Source: Gemmatimonadota bacterium (GTDB lineage: Bacteria; Gemmatimonadota; Gemmatimonadetes; Palauibacterales; Palauibacteraceae). Taken from it: 64,000 bases of DNA. The notes beneath the pieces were generated by a model, which saw nothing but the letters and a program-made list of their open reading frames with translations, did not search any database and was not told where the DNA came from. Numbering within the stretch: the first letter of the stretch is position 1; every line of letters starts with the position of its first letter. The position numbers and the translations under genes were made by a program. The stretch lies in NCBI GenBank assembly GCA_965116475.1, contig OZ220691.1, forward strand, positions 1,664,001-1,728,000. The letters run 5' to 3'. Positions 36,960-46,637 of this stretch are shown here, piece by piece.

Positions 36960-39167
36960 TCAGCGGCCGTCCGGGCCGGGGTCCGGGGCGGGATCGGCGG
37001 ACGATTCCGCCTCCCACAGGCGCCGCTGCTCGCTGGTCAGGTAGTGCCGGATCGCCGTCGCGTCCTCCATCGAGAGGAGGTCGCCGAAGCCGGCCATGCC
37101 GTTCGCGGCGAGCGCGCCGCCGAGCACCACCGCGTCGAAGCTCTCCCACGCGCCGCCATCCATGCGGCGCAGATCGGGATAGGCGGAGAGGTGTTCGTCC
37201 GAGGCCCGGTGGCAGATGCCGCAGTGGACGCCGAAGAGTTCCGATCCGCGCCGGACCCTGGCCTCGTCGAGCGCGAGATCCGGCGGTTCCGGCGTCGTCG
37301 GCACGATCTGCGCGGGCGGTAGCGGCACTTCCCCGCCGTCGAGCCTGAAGACGAGCAGCCGTCCCGCGCTGTCGTAGTCGTACGCCGCCGAACCGAGCGG
37401 ATAGGCGGCGCCTCTCGGCCCGCCGTAGCCCGCCATGACCGCGATGTACTGCACGCCGTCGACCTCGTACGTCATGGGCCCCGCCATGACGCCGGTGCCG
37501 AGGTGGATGCTGTGGATGCGTGCGCCGGTGTCGGCCTGGTGGAAGTCGAGCGTGCCCACCGCCGTCCCCTGGATGACGAGGTTCCCTCCCGTCACCAGGG
37601 TGCCCCCGTTCCACATGCTGCCGCGCGGAACCCTCCACAGCTCGCGCCCCGCGACGGGGTCCCACGCGAGGAGAAACTCGTTCGGGCCAATGTCCGGGAG
37701 ACCGTCGGCGAGGTGCGCGAACGCCTCCGGGAACGGAGGCCACGAGGCCGTGAAGCCCTCGTACGCGACCTCCGGGCGATGGTCGAACGCCTCCAGCGAA
37801 CGCCACAGCATGGCCTGTTCGCGGGCGGGGATGTAGGCGATGCCCGTCTCGGGGTTGAAGGACATCGGCTGCCAGTTGTGCCCGCCCGCGGAGGACGGGA
37901 AGACGACCCGCGGTTCGTCGCGGTAGTCCGCGGCCGGGTTCGGGATCGGCCGGCCCGTCTCGAAGTCGATCCCCCGCGCCCACGTGACGGTCACGAAGTT
38001 CTCCGCCTGCAGCAGCTCCCCCGTGGCGCGGTCGAGCACGTAGAAGAAGCCGTTCTTGGGGGCCTGCATCAGGACATCGCGCGGGCCGCCGTCGATCGTG
38101 ACCGTGCTCAGGATGAGGTTCTGCGTCGCGGTGTAGTCCCAGATCTCGCCCGGCACCGTCTGGTAGTGCCAGACGAGGCGCCCGGTCTTCGGGTCGATGG
38201 CGAGGATGGAGACGAGGTAGAGGTTGTCGCCCCCCGACGGGCTCCGGTGCCAGATCGGGTACGGGTAGGCGTTCCCCGTCCCCACGTAGAGAAGGTCGAG
38301 CCGGGGGTCGTAGGCCATCTCCCCCCACACGGTGCCCCCGAGTCCCCCCTCCCAGGCCGAGTCCGGGTCCCACGTGGCGGCGGCCGCCTCCATCTCCGGG
38401 TGCTCGAAGCCCTCCGCCGGGTCGCCGGGAACCGTGAAGAAGCGCCACGCCTCCTCGCCGGTCTCGAGGTCGTAGGCCGTGATGTAGCCGCGCACGCCGA
38501 AGTCGCCGCCGGCGTTGCCGAGGACGACGACGTCGCCGGCGATCTGCGGCGAGCCGGTGCTCGTGTAGGAGAGGGACCGGTCGATGAAGGTGTCGACGCG
38601 CCACACCTCCTCGCCCGTCGCCGCGTCGAGCGCCACCAGCCAGCCGTCGAAGGTGCCGACGTAGACGCGCCCCTCCCACACCTCGAGTCCGCGGTTGACC
38701 GGGCCGCAGCAGCCCTTGCGCGTGGTGCTCGGGTCGACCGGCGGATCGTAGCGCCAGACCGGTGCTCCCGTCGCGGCGTCGAGCGCCGCGACGCTTCCCC
38801 ACGGCCCGGGCGAGTACATCACGCCGTCCACGACCACGGGAGTGGCCTCGAGCCCCCAGTGCACGGAGCCGACGTGGGACCGCCACTCGTATTCCCAGGC
38901 GAGCCCCACGGCGGCCGCGTTCATGACGTGAATCCGTCCGAGCGGAGAATACCGGGTCTCCCCGAAATCGCGGCCGGAGGTCAGCCACTCCGCCGCGACC
39001 GTATCCGTCGCCAGCAGACGGTCCCGGTTGACGGCGCCGGCCGCGTCGCGGGGCGGCGAGGGTGCGCAGGCCGCCAGCGCGCCGGCCACCAGTGCGCCGG
39101 CCACCAGCCCACAGGCCGCGAAGCGTGCGTCAGCCAGCCGACGGACGTCCGGATTGCCGCGAGCCAC
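36960..39167 (-). CDS. PQQ-dependent quinohemoprotein alcohol dehydrogenase (type II) with C-terminal cytochrome c
   Basis: EATPVVVDG, GCCGPVNRG (vicinal Cys), WDYTATQ, PKNGFFYVLDR, GGHNWQPMS, CGICH; LAAC lipobox. Confidence 0.9.
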   Translation of the reverse strand: MARGNPDVRRLADARFAACGLVAGALVAGALAACAPSPPRDAAGAVNRDRLLATDTVAAEWLTSGRDFGETRYSPLGRIHVMNAAAVGLAWEYEWRSHVGSVHWGLEATPVVVDGVMYSPGPWGSVAALDAATGAPVWRYDPPVDPSTTRKGCCGPVNRGLEVWEGRVYVGTFDGWLVALDAATGEEVWRVDTFIDRSLSYTSTGSPQIAGDVVVLGNAGGDFGVRGYITAYDLETGEEAWRFFTVPGDPAEGFEHPEMEAAAATWDPDSAWEGGLGGTVWGEMAYDPRLDLLYVGTGNAYPYPIWHRSPSGGDNLYLVSILAIDPKTGRLVWHYQTVPGEIWDYTATQNLILSTVTIDGGPRDVLMQAPKNGFFYVLDRATGELLQAENFVTVTWARGIDFETGRPIPNPAADYRDEPRVVFPSSAGGHNWQPMSFNPETGIAYIPAREQAMLWRSLEAFDHRPEVAYEGFTASWPPFPEAFAHLADGLPDIGPNEFLLAWDPVAGRELWRVPRGSMWNGGTLVTGGNLVIQGTAVGTLDFHQADTGARIHSIHLGTGVMAGPMTYEVDGVQYIAVMAGYGGPRGAAYPLGSAAYDYDSAGRLLVFRLDGGEVPLPPAQIVPTTPEPPDLALDEARVRRGSELFGVHCGICHRASDEHLSAYPDLRRMDGGAWESFDAVVLGGALAANGMAGFGDLLSMEDATAIRHYLTSEQRRLWEAESSADPAPDPGPDGR

Positions 39168-39174
39168 GGGCCTG

Positions 39175-41328
39175 TTAGAAGCGCGGAGTTACGGTGAGGC
39201 GGAAGCTTCGGGTGGGTCCCGGACTCCGTTCCTGCACGTCCACATAGGTCGTCTGGAACAGGTTCTCGATCTTCGCCTGCACGCGAGTCCCCAGAATCCG
39301 GGTGCGCACGCGCAGGTCGACGAGGTTGATCGCGCTGCGCTCGTCGAGCGGGAAGGCGAGCACCTGCTCCACGCGGCTCCGGTGCCGGAAGTCGATGGCG
39401 ACCATGCCTCTCAACCCGGACGCCGTCGCCGTGAAGTTGTGTCGCGACCGGTAGGGGAGCGCGCGCCCGGTCCGGTCGTCCCTCGTGTCGAGGAAGGTGT
39501 AGTTCGCGTTGAGGTCCAGGCGGGTCGGGATCACGCCGATCCGCAAACCCGCGTCGACGCCCCGCACCATGGCCTCGGCGACGTTGCGGAACTGAAACAC
39601 GAACACGTTGTTGGGCGCCGGCGACGGTTCGATGAGATCGGTGTAGTCGCTCCAGAAGAGTCCGGCGTCCAGCCAGACGCGATCGCTCACGTGCACGGTC
39701 GCCCCGACCTCCCGGGCCCAGGCGGATTCTCCCCGCAGTTCGAGATTGGGGATGACGCGAAATCCGAACTGGGTCGTCGAAGTGAACTGCTCGGACACGC
39801 TCGGCGCCCGGTATCCGCGGCTGAGCGACCCTCGAAAGCTCAACCGGTCGCTCGCCTCGTACACGATCCCGAGTTTCGGATTGACGAACCGGTCCTCCAT
39901 CGCTGCCGAGGCGTTGTGGTAGTCGAGTCGCAGGCCCACCGAGCCGCGAACCCGATCCGAGAAAGTGATCTCATCCTGCGCGAACAGCGCGAGGTCCGTC
40001 ACGTCCGGCGACGGCGCCAGGAAATTCGAGGTCACGCCGGTGAAGGCGCCTTCCGCCCCGATCGTCAGCGCGTGCGAGCCGTTGGGAAAGAGGGACCACT
40101 GGAGATCGGTGCCGATCCGCGTGGAGCGGTGGAAATCCTCGTTGTCGTGGAAGTAGTTCTGGTTCCGCGCGTGGTAGACGTGCGGCCGCACCTGCACGCG
40201 GTGCTTCGGCGTGACGATCGGATTGGCCGTTACGCCGAAGACGATGTCGTCCGAGCGAATCCAGTCCCCGAGTTCCGTCGGATCGACTTCCAGGGGACGG
40301 TCCGCCGACAGCCAGGTGAAGAACTCCTCCTCTTCCTTTCGCGTCCAATTGACGAAGATCTCCCAAGGGTTGGAGGATTCCGCCGGGAAGACCGTCTTGA
40401 GCCGCATCCGCCAGCGCTCGAGCGCGCCGTTCTGCCGGAACCCGTCCGACTCCTCGCGCGCGAGGTACAGGGTGGCACCGACATCCCCGAGGCGGCGTGA
40501 GTGCTGCAGGGCGAGCCCTTCCCTGCTCAGGCTCTCGTCCGTGAACGAGTGTCGGGCCGGGGTGTCGAAGAGCCCCACGTAGCCGCGGACGATGGTCTCG
40601 GGCTCCGGGGGGGGGCGTTTCGTGATCACGTTCACGACGCCGCCCAGCGCGTTCGTCCCCCACAGGGTGGAATGCGGACCCTTCACGATCTCGATCTGGT
40701 CCACGTCCAGCACGGGCAGACCGCTGAAATCGATCGACGCGCCCACGCCGGAGAGCACCCGGTGGCCGTCGAGGAGCATGAGCACGCGGCTTCCGACGCC
40801 CCGCGCCAGGCCGGTGGCGCCGCGGATGTCCATCTGGCCGGAGTTGAAGATCACGCCCTGCGCGAAGGGGAGCGCCTCGTCGAGGGTGACGACGTCGCGG
40901 TTGCCGAGTTCGTCACCGCTGATGACGGCGACGCTCACCGGGGCCTCGCCGGAGCGGACGGCGGAGCGGCTCGCCGTTACGGTCAGCTCGGGCACATCGA
41001 ACATCCGGCGCTCGAGCAGGATGCTGAGTTCGCCCGGCTGACCGGTCCGCAGTTCGCGTTCGGCGACGCGAAAGCCGTCCGCGACGACGATCAGGGTGAA
41101 GGTCCCATCGGCGGGGGAGGCGATCCCGAAGCCGCCATCGGGCCGCGTCGTGGCGCTCAGCGGGGTGTCGCGGATGAGCACGGTGGCCCCGGCGAGCGGT
41201 GCGCCCGTCTCCGCGTCCAGTACGCGACCGCGCACGATGGCGTCCTGGGCCTGGGCGGCGAGCGGGGCGCTCGCGTAGAAGGAGGCGAGCGCCGCCCGCG
41301 CGTAGAAAGAGGCGAGCACCGCGCGCAT
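39175..41328 (-). CDS. TonB-dependent receptor with N-terminal carboxypeptidase-regulatory-like domain
   Basis: GRVLDAETGAPLAGATV, LTVTASR, IEIVKGPHSTLWGTNALGGVVNVITK, C-terminal Phe. Start uncertain. Confidence 0.88.
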   Translation of the reverse strand: MRAVLASFYARAALASFYASAPLAAQAQDAIVRGRVLDAETGAPLAGATVLIRDTPLSATTRPDGGFGIASPADGTFTLIVVADGFRVAERELRTGQPGELSILLERRMFDVPELTVTASRSAVRSGEAPVSVAVISGDELGNRDVVTLDEALPFAQGVIFNSGQMDIRGATGLARGVGSRVLMLLDGHRVLSGVGASIDFSGLPVLDVDQIEIVKGPHSTLWGTNALGGVVNVITKRPPPEPETIVRGYVGLFDTPARHSFTDESLSREGLALQHSRRLGDVGATLYLAREESDGFRQNGALERWRMRLKTVFPAESSNPWEIFVNWTRKEEEEFFTWLSADRPLEVDPTELGDWIRSDDIVFGVTANPIVTPKHRVQVRPHVYHARNQNYFHDNEDFHRSTRIGTDLQWSLFPNGSHALTIGAEGAFTGVTSNFLAPSPDVTDLALFAQDEITFSDRVRGSVGLRLDYHNASAAMEDRFVNPKLGIVYEASDRLSFRGSLSRGYRAPSVSEQFTSTTQFGFRVIPNLELRGESAWAREVGATVHVSDRVWLDAGLFWSDYTDLIEPSPAPNNVFVFQFRNVAEAMVRGVDAGLRIGVIPTRLDLNANYTFLDTRDDRTGRALPYRSRHNFTATASGLRGMVAIDFRHRSRVEQVLAFPLDERSAINLVDLRVRTRILGTRVQAKIENLFQTTYVDVQERSPGPTRSFRLTVTPRF

Positions 41329-41381
41329 GTAGAAGAAGAGGAGCGCGGCGCCTGCCGTGAGACGTGGTCGGATACCGACCG

Positions 41382-41846
41382 CTACTGCCGCTGCCAAACT
41401 GTCGTCGCGGCCGCCGCCGGGGGCTGCGTCACGATGACGGAGAGAACGTTCCCCGCCAGCGTGAACGTGCCGAGGTTCTGCTGCGCCTGCCCCGCAAACT
41501 CCCAGCTCCCGTCCGTCCGTAGCGTAAACGTCCCCTGGTCCGCGATTTCCGTGACCTCGCCGTTCAGCGGGTTCGTCACCGTGAGGGACATCGACATCGT
41601 GCCGGTCGCCGTGTCGCCCGATGCGGAGTTCTGCGACAGCATGGCCGTTCCGACGGCGATCGGCGGTCCGATCGTCGCCCCCCCGGTGATCGCGCCCGAC
41701 AGGGATACGAGACTGTACGTGCCCGACACGTCCGGCGGTCCGGCGGCGGGGGGCGGCTCCGGGTCCATCGTGTCGTCGCCACCGCAGCCCGCGACAAGGG
41801 TCGCGACGAGCACCGGCATGCACAATCTGAGTAAGCGCTTCTTCAT
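41382..41846 (-). CDS. Lipoprotein, lipocalin-like beta barrel
   Basis: VAGC lipobox, DVSGTYSLVS, DQGTF; GGAGG RBS. Confidence 0.75.
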   Translation of the reverse strand: MKKRLLRLCMPVLVATLVAGCGGDDTMDPEPPPAAGPPDVSGTYSLVSLSGAITGGATIGPPIAVGTAMLSQNSASGDTATGTMSMSLTVTNPLNGEVTEIADQGTFTLRTDGSWEFAGQAQQNLGTFTLAGNVLSVIVTQPPAAAATTVWQRQ

Positions 41847-41944
41847 GAAACCTCCGTCTTTTTCGGATCAGGCGTCCCTGCGCAGACGCCGCTTCCCTCA
41901 AGATAGCCGTCCGGTTCGGCGTTGCCGAGACCGGGGTGCGGCTG

Positions 41945-42238
41945 CTATTCGCCGTCCTCGTCCTCGGTGGGCACCGGAGAGCGGGTCGTTTCTGCCTCGG
42001 GTTCTTCGCGCTCCACCACGATCGAGCAGTTCGTGACGAGCGCCGCGATGGCGCCGATCGCCGCCCAGGCGGGCAGCATCAACGTCCCCACGACGCCGAT
42101 GGAGAGCGGCACCTCGATGAGTTCCTTGCCGTCTTCGTTCCGGATTGAGATGCGGCGGACGTTCCCCTCGCGGATGATCTCCTTGATCTTCCTGACGAGG
42201 TTCTCGCCCGGCACCCTGTGTTCCTCGGCCATGTCCAC
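41945..42238 (-). CDS. DUF4342 domain protein
   Basis: KIKEIIREGNVRRI..LIEVPLSIG..AAIGAIAALVTNCSIVVER. Confidence 0.85.
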   Translation of the reverse strand: MDMAEEHRVPGENLVRKIKEIIREGNVRRISIRNEDGKELIEVPLSIGVVGTLMLPAWAAIGAIAALVTNCSIVVEREEPEAETTRSPVPTEDEDGE

Positions 42239-42383
42239 CTCCGTTGCGACCCTTGCGGCGCGCCCGCGAGTCCGGCTTGATGTTGGAGTCCGGCGTGATG
42301 CCGGATCCTGACAGCCCGTCGTACGCTCGCGATCCGGCCCGGGTTTTGCGAGCCGCGCGGAAACGCCTCTCCCGGGGAAAACG

Positions 42384-43349
42384 ATGAAACGCTACCGAAT
42401 GGAACTCCGCACCCTCGTGCTCGCGCTCGGCATTGCGGCCTGCGGGGAGGCGACGGAGGACGCGGAAACGTCCGCAGCCGGAGACGAACTCCCGGAGGGG
42501 GCGGAGGCGATCTCCCTCCTCGGCGAACCTCTCCAGCCGTCCCCCGCCTCGGCGGAGCAGGCGCAGGACATCGAAGTCGCGCGAGCCGACTACGACGCGG
42601 ATCCGGATGATGCGGACGCGATCATCTGGCTCGGCCGGCGCATTGGGTACACGGGGGCCTTCCGCGACGCGATCGACATCTTCTCGGAGGGGATCGAGCA
42701 GCATCCGAACGACGCGCGGATGTACCGTCATCGCGGGCACCGCTGGATCAGCGTGCGGGAGTTCGACCGCGCGATCGAAGACCTGTCTCACGCCGCGGAC
42801 CTGGTGCGGGGCGAGCCGGACGAGGTCGAGCCGGACGGCCAGCCCAACGCACGCGGGGTCCCGACGAGCACGCTGCAGTCGAACATCCACTACCACCTCG
42901 CGCTGGCCCGCTACCTGCAGGGCGACTTCGAAGGCGCGCTGCCGTCCTACGAGGCCTACATGGCCGTGACGACGAATCCCGACCAGCTCGTGGCCATCTC
43001 GCACTGGTGGTACATGGCGCTCCGGCGCCTGGGCCGCGACGCCGAGGCGGCGGCCGTGCTCGAACCGGTGACGGCGGAACTCGATGTCATCGAGAACACC
43101 AGCTATCACCGGCTCCTCCTCATGTACAAGGGGGAGCTCGATGCGGATGAGCTGTGGGATCCCGAGAGCGGAGATCCGGCGGGCGTGGCGGTCGCCTACG
43201 GGGTCGCGACCTGGCACCTCTACAACGGCCGCGAGGCGCAGGCGGCGGAGATGTACCGCCGCATTCTCGAGGGTTCCGGCTGGGCGGGGTTCGGCTACAT
43301 CGCCTCCGAGGCGGAGATCGCCCGCCTGGAGGCCGACGCGGGCGACTGA
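42384..43349 (+). CDS. TPR-containing lipoprotein
   Basis: IAAC lipobox, IWLGRR, YRHRGHR, YHLALARYLQGDF. Confidence 0.75.
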   Translation: MKRYRMELRTLVLALGIAACGEATEDAETSAAGDELPEGAEAISLLGEPLQPSPASAEQAQDIEVARADYDADPDDADAIIWLGRRIGYTGAFRDAIDIFSEGIEQHPNDARMYRHRGHRWISVREFDRAIEDLSHAADLVRGEPDEVEPDGQPNARGVPTSTLQSNIHYHLALARYLQGDFEGALPSYEAYMAVTTNPDQLVAISHWWYMALRRLGRDAEAAAVLEPVTAELDVIENTSYHRLLLMYKGELDADELWDPESGDPAGVAVAYGVATWHLYNGREAQAAEMYRRILEGSGWAGFGYIASEAEIARLEADAGD

Positions 43350-43355
43350 CCCGCT

Positions 43356-43439
43356 GCAACTTTCTCCCCTCCAGCCTCGTTCCCGGAAAGGACGCGACCG
43401 GCCGCGACGGACCGCAACCTTTCGACGGCTCGAAGCGTC
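43356..43439 (+). promoter_or_regulatory. Two tandem ECF-sigma-like promoters GCAAC-N17-CGT(T/C)
   Basis: GCAAC 43356-43360 with CGTT 43378-43381; GCAAC 43414-43418 with CGTC 43436-43439. Confidence 0.45.
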
Positions 43440-43531
43440 CTACTTCGCAAGATTGAGCAGCCCGTGGCAGCAGGGGCAGCAGGATTTGCCACGGGTGGCC
43501 GGGGTTCGGGCTGACTTAAGGAAGGTTTACG

Positions 43532-46243
43532 TTGGGGTTTTCCTCATTCTCTATAGATTTCGCCGCCCCGGTGCGCCGGTGGGCGGCGTTCGTGCTGCTG
43601 ATGGGCCTGGCCGCGCCGCTGGCGGCGCAGGACTCCGCGATCGGCGGCGAGACACACGCGCGGGCCGCCGCGGCGCCCGCACTTCAGGCGATCCGGGCGA
43701 CGGAGCCGCCGCAGATCGACGGGCGGCTGGATGAACCCGCCTGGAGCGGGGCGCCGACTGCCCGCGACTTCGTCCAGTACCGGCCCGACGCGGGCCAGCC
43801 GGCCAGCGAACGCACCGAGGTCCGGGTCCTCTACACGGACGATGCGGTCTACGTGGGCGCGCGGATGTACGACAGCGATCCCGGCGGGATCATCCGCCGG
43901 CTCGCGCGCCGCGATGAGCAGGTGACGACGGACGCCTTTCACGTCGCCTTCGACAGCTATTTCGATCACCGTACCGCGTTCCGTTTCTCCGTCAGCGTGG
44001 CGGGCGTCCAGAGCGACGGACTGCTCTTCTCGGACACGCAGGCGGACGACGATTGGGACGCGGTGTGGGAGAGCGCGACGCGCACGGACGAGAACGGCTG
44101 GACCGCCGAACTTCGGATCCCTCTCTCGCAGCTCCGGTTCGCCGGCTCCTCCGCGGACGGCGCCGGAAGCACGTGGGGCATCAACTTCCGACGCGAGATC
44201 GCCCGCCTCGAGGAGTCGAGCGTGTGGTCGCCCCTCCCGGAGGATGGCTCGCGGGTCGTCTCCGCGTTCGGCACGCTGCGCGACCTCCAGGGCCTCCGGC
44301 CGCGCCGCAATCTGGAAGTGCGGCCCTATGTCCTCTCCTCGGCGACGCGGGAGCCGGGCACCGCCGCCGATCCCTTCTACACCGCCACGGCCCTGCGCCA
44401 GACGGTGGGAGGAGATCTGAAGTACGGCATTACGGAGAACCTCACGCTCGACGTCACCGTCAACCCGGACTTCGGGCAGGTAGAGGCGGATCCATCCGTC
44501 GTGAACCTCTCGGCGTTCGAGACGTTCTTTCCCGAGAAGCGGCCTTTCTTCCAGGAAGGATCGGACATCTTCGGGTTTTCCTTCGGCGGGGGCGATGACA
44601 ACAACGAATCGCTCTTCTACAGCCGGCGCATCGGGCGGGCGCCCCAGGGGTCCGTGACGAGCCCGGCCGAGTACCGCGACGTGCCGGCGGCGACGAGCAT
44701 TCTCGGCGCGGCGAAGCTGTCCGGAAAGACGGCGAACGGCTGGTCGATCGGCTTCCTCGACGCGCTCACCTCGAACGAGATGGCGCAGTTCTCCACCCCG
44801 GGGGGGACGCTGGGCGAGCAGGTGGTCGAACCGGTGACGAACTACGCGGTGGGGCGCGTCATCCGGGACTTCCGCGACGGAGAGAGCGCGGTCGGCCTCA
44901 TCGCCACCGCCACGAACCGGCGCCTCGACGCCGGGGGGTCGCTCGCCTTCCTCGCCGACGCGGCGTACACGGGAGGGTTCGACTTCCGGCACCGGTTCGG
45001 GAACGGGAACTACCAGATCGACGGCCACGTGATCGGGAGCACGGTGAGCGGAAGTCCGGAGGCGATCGCCCGCATCCAGCGCTCCTCCGTCCACTACTTC
45101 CAGAACCCGGACTCCAGGCACGGACTGGACCCCACTCGCACGCGCCTCTCCGGGAGCACGTCGACGATCAGCTTCTCGAAGGTCGGGGGCGGCAACTGGC
45201 GCTACGGGCTGTTCGGCGAGAACCGGTCGCCCGGCTTCGAGGCGAACGACCTCGGATTCCAGCAGAACGCGGACTACCGGGTCGGGGCGGTGTGGGTGAA
45301 CTACGAGCAGTTCCGGCCGCAGGGGCCGTTCCGCAACTGGGGCGTGAACGCGGCAACGTGGTCCGGCTGGACGTTCCGCGGCGAACGGCAGTTCACGGGC
45401 GGAAACGTGAACGGGAACTTCCAGCTCAAGAACTTCTGGCGCGGCTTCGCCGGCTTCAACCAGGAGTGGGCGGGACTCTCCACCACGGCGCTGCGCGGAG
45501 GGCCCACGCTCTACCAGCCGAGCCAGTGGAGCAGCTGGGGCGGCATGTTCACGGACTCCCGGAAGCCGGTGCAGTTCGGAGCCGTCTTCAACGCCGGAGG
45601 AGAGTACAGCACCGCGACCCGCCGCCTGGGCGTGTCGCCGAACCTGAGGCTCCAGCCGTCGAGCCGACTCCAGCTCAACATCGGCCCGAGCCTGCAGTGG
45701 AACGATCAGGCGTGGCAGTTCGTCTCGCGGCCCGGCGCTTCGGACGGGACGCACTACGTGTTCGCGCGCCTGAGCCAGCAGACGGTCTCGATCACGACGC
45801 GCCTGAACTACACGTTCAGCCCGGATCTCTCGCTTCAGCTCTACGCCCAGCCCTTCGTGAGCGCGGGGAGCTACGACCGCTTCATGGAGGTCGATGATCC
45901 GCGGGCGTCCGGTTTCTCCGACCGCTTCCGGACGTACGGCGCGAACGAGATCCGGCGGGTGGAGGCGAACGGCTTCGGTCTCTACCAGGTCGACGCCGAC
46001 CGGGACGGGACGGCGGATTTCGGCTTCGCGGACCCCGACTTCAACGTGAAGTCCTTCCGCTCCAACCTCGTCCTGCGCTGGCAGTACCGGCCCGGATCTA
46101 CCGTGTTTCTCGTCTGGAGCCGCGACCAGCAGGCGTTCCGCAACGACGGTTCGTTCCGCCTCGGCGAGGATCTGACCGACCTCGCGCGGATTCCCTCCAC
46201 CAATATCTTCCTCGTGAAGTTCGAGCACTGGCTGGGACTGTAG
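43532..46243 (+). CDS. CBM9-like plus DUF5916 outer-membrane protein
   Basis: IDGRLDEPAW, WTAELRIPLSQLRF, VNPDFGQVEAD, FPEKRPFFQEG, FYSRRIG. Start uncertain. Confidence 0.85.
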   Translation: MGFSSFSIDFAAPVRRWAAFVLLMGLAAPLAAQDSAIGGETHARAAAAPALQAIRATEPPQIDGRLDEPAWSGAPTARDFVQYRPDAGQPASERTEVRVLYTDDAVYVGARMYDSDPGGIIRRLARRDEQVTTDAFHVAFDSYFDHRTAFRFSVSVAGVQSDGLLFSDTQADDDWDAVWESATRTDENGWTAELRIPLSQLRFAGSSADGAGSTWGINFRREIARLEESSVWSPLPEDGSRVVSAFGTLRDLQGLRPRRNLEVRPYVLSSATREPGTAADPFYTATALRQTVGGDLKYGITENLTLDVTVNPDFGQVEADPSVVNLSAFETFFPEKRPFFQEGSDIFGFSFGGGDDNNESLFYSRRIGRAPQGSVTSPAEYRDVPAATSILGAAKLSGKTANGWSIGFLDALTSNEMAQFSTPGGTLGEQVVEPVTNYAVGRVIRDFRDGESAVGLIATATNRRLDAGGSLAFLADAAYTGGFDFRHRFGNGNYQIDGHVIGSTVSGSPEAIARIQRSSVHYFQNPDSRHGLDPTRTRLSGSTSTISFSKVGGGNWRYGLFGENRSPGFEANDLGFQQNADYRVGAVWVNYEQFRPQGPFRNWGVNAATWSGWTFRGERQFTGGNVNGNFQLKNFWRGFAGFNQEWAGLSTTALRGGPTLYQPSQWSSWGGMFTDSRKPVQFGAVFNAGGEYSTATRRLGVSPNLRLQPSSRLQLNIGPSLQWNDQAWQFVSRPGASDGTHYVFARLSQQTVSITTRLNYTFSPDLSLQLYAQPFVSAGSYDRFMEVDDPRASGFSDRFRTYGANEIRRVEANGFGLYQVDADRDGTADFGFADPDFNVKSFRSNLVLRWQYRPGSTVFLVWSRDQQAFRNDGSFRLGEDLTDLARIPSTNIFLVKFEHWLGL

Positions 46244-46383
46244 TTTCGCGTGGCGGGAGCGACGCCGTTCCCGCCACAGTCCGCCGGCGGTCGAGCGGTC
46301 CGTGGAAAAGCCCTTCGTAAGCGCCGGGAGCGGTGAGGCGCTCGCAGGCCTTCTGCCACGGGCTGCCAGAGCGGTGAGAATCG

Positions 46384-46620
46384 GTGACCGGGTACATTTT
46401 CGTGGCGCTTGCTGTGCTGGTGGCGGTGGCCGGCTGGAGACGCCGGAGCCACCTGCGTCGGCAGACCCGACCCGGCGTAACGGACGAGATCGTGCGGCGC
46501 ATCGAGACGGTGGGCCACGTGGACGCCGAGGATGTCGAACCGGTGGATCTCGAGTTGGCGAGGGCCGAGGAGGACGAATTCTGGGCCCAGACGTGGGACG
46601 AGCCCGAAGAAAACTGGTAA
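46384..46620 (+). CDS. Small single-TM protein with acidic tail
   Basis: TM helix, then EPVDLELARAEEDEFW..WDEPEENW. Confidence 0.6.
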   Translation: MTGYIFVALAVLVAVAGWRRRSHLRRQTRPGVTDEIVRRIETVGHVDAEDVEPVDLELARAEEDEFWAQTWDEPEENW

Positions 46621-46637
46621 GAACTGGCGGGAATTCG

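Noticed and set aside
36960..39167. Possible lanthanide-dependent PQQ dehydrogenase
   Set aside because: The motif is WDYTATQ, lacking the extra Asp (DYD) of XoxF/PedH; it fits the Ca-type quinohemoprotein.
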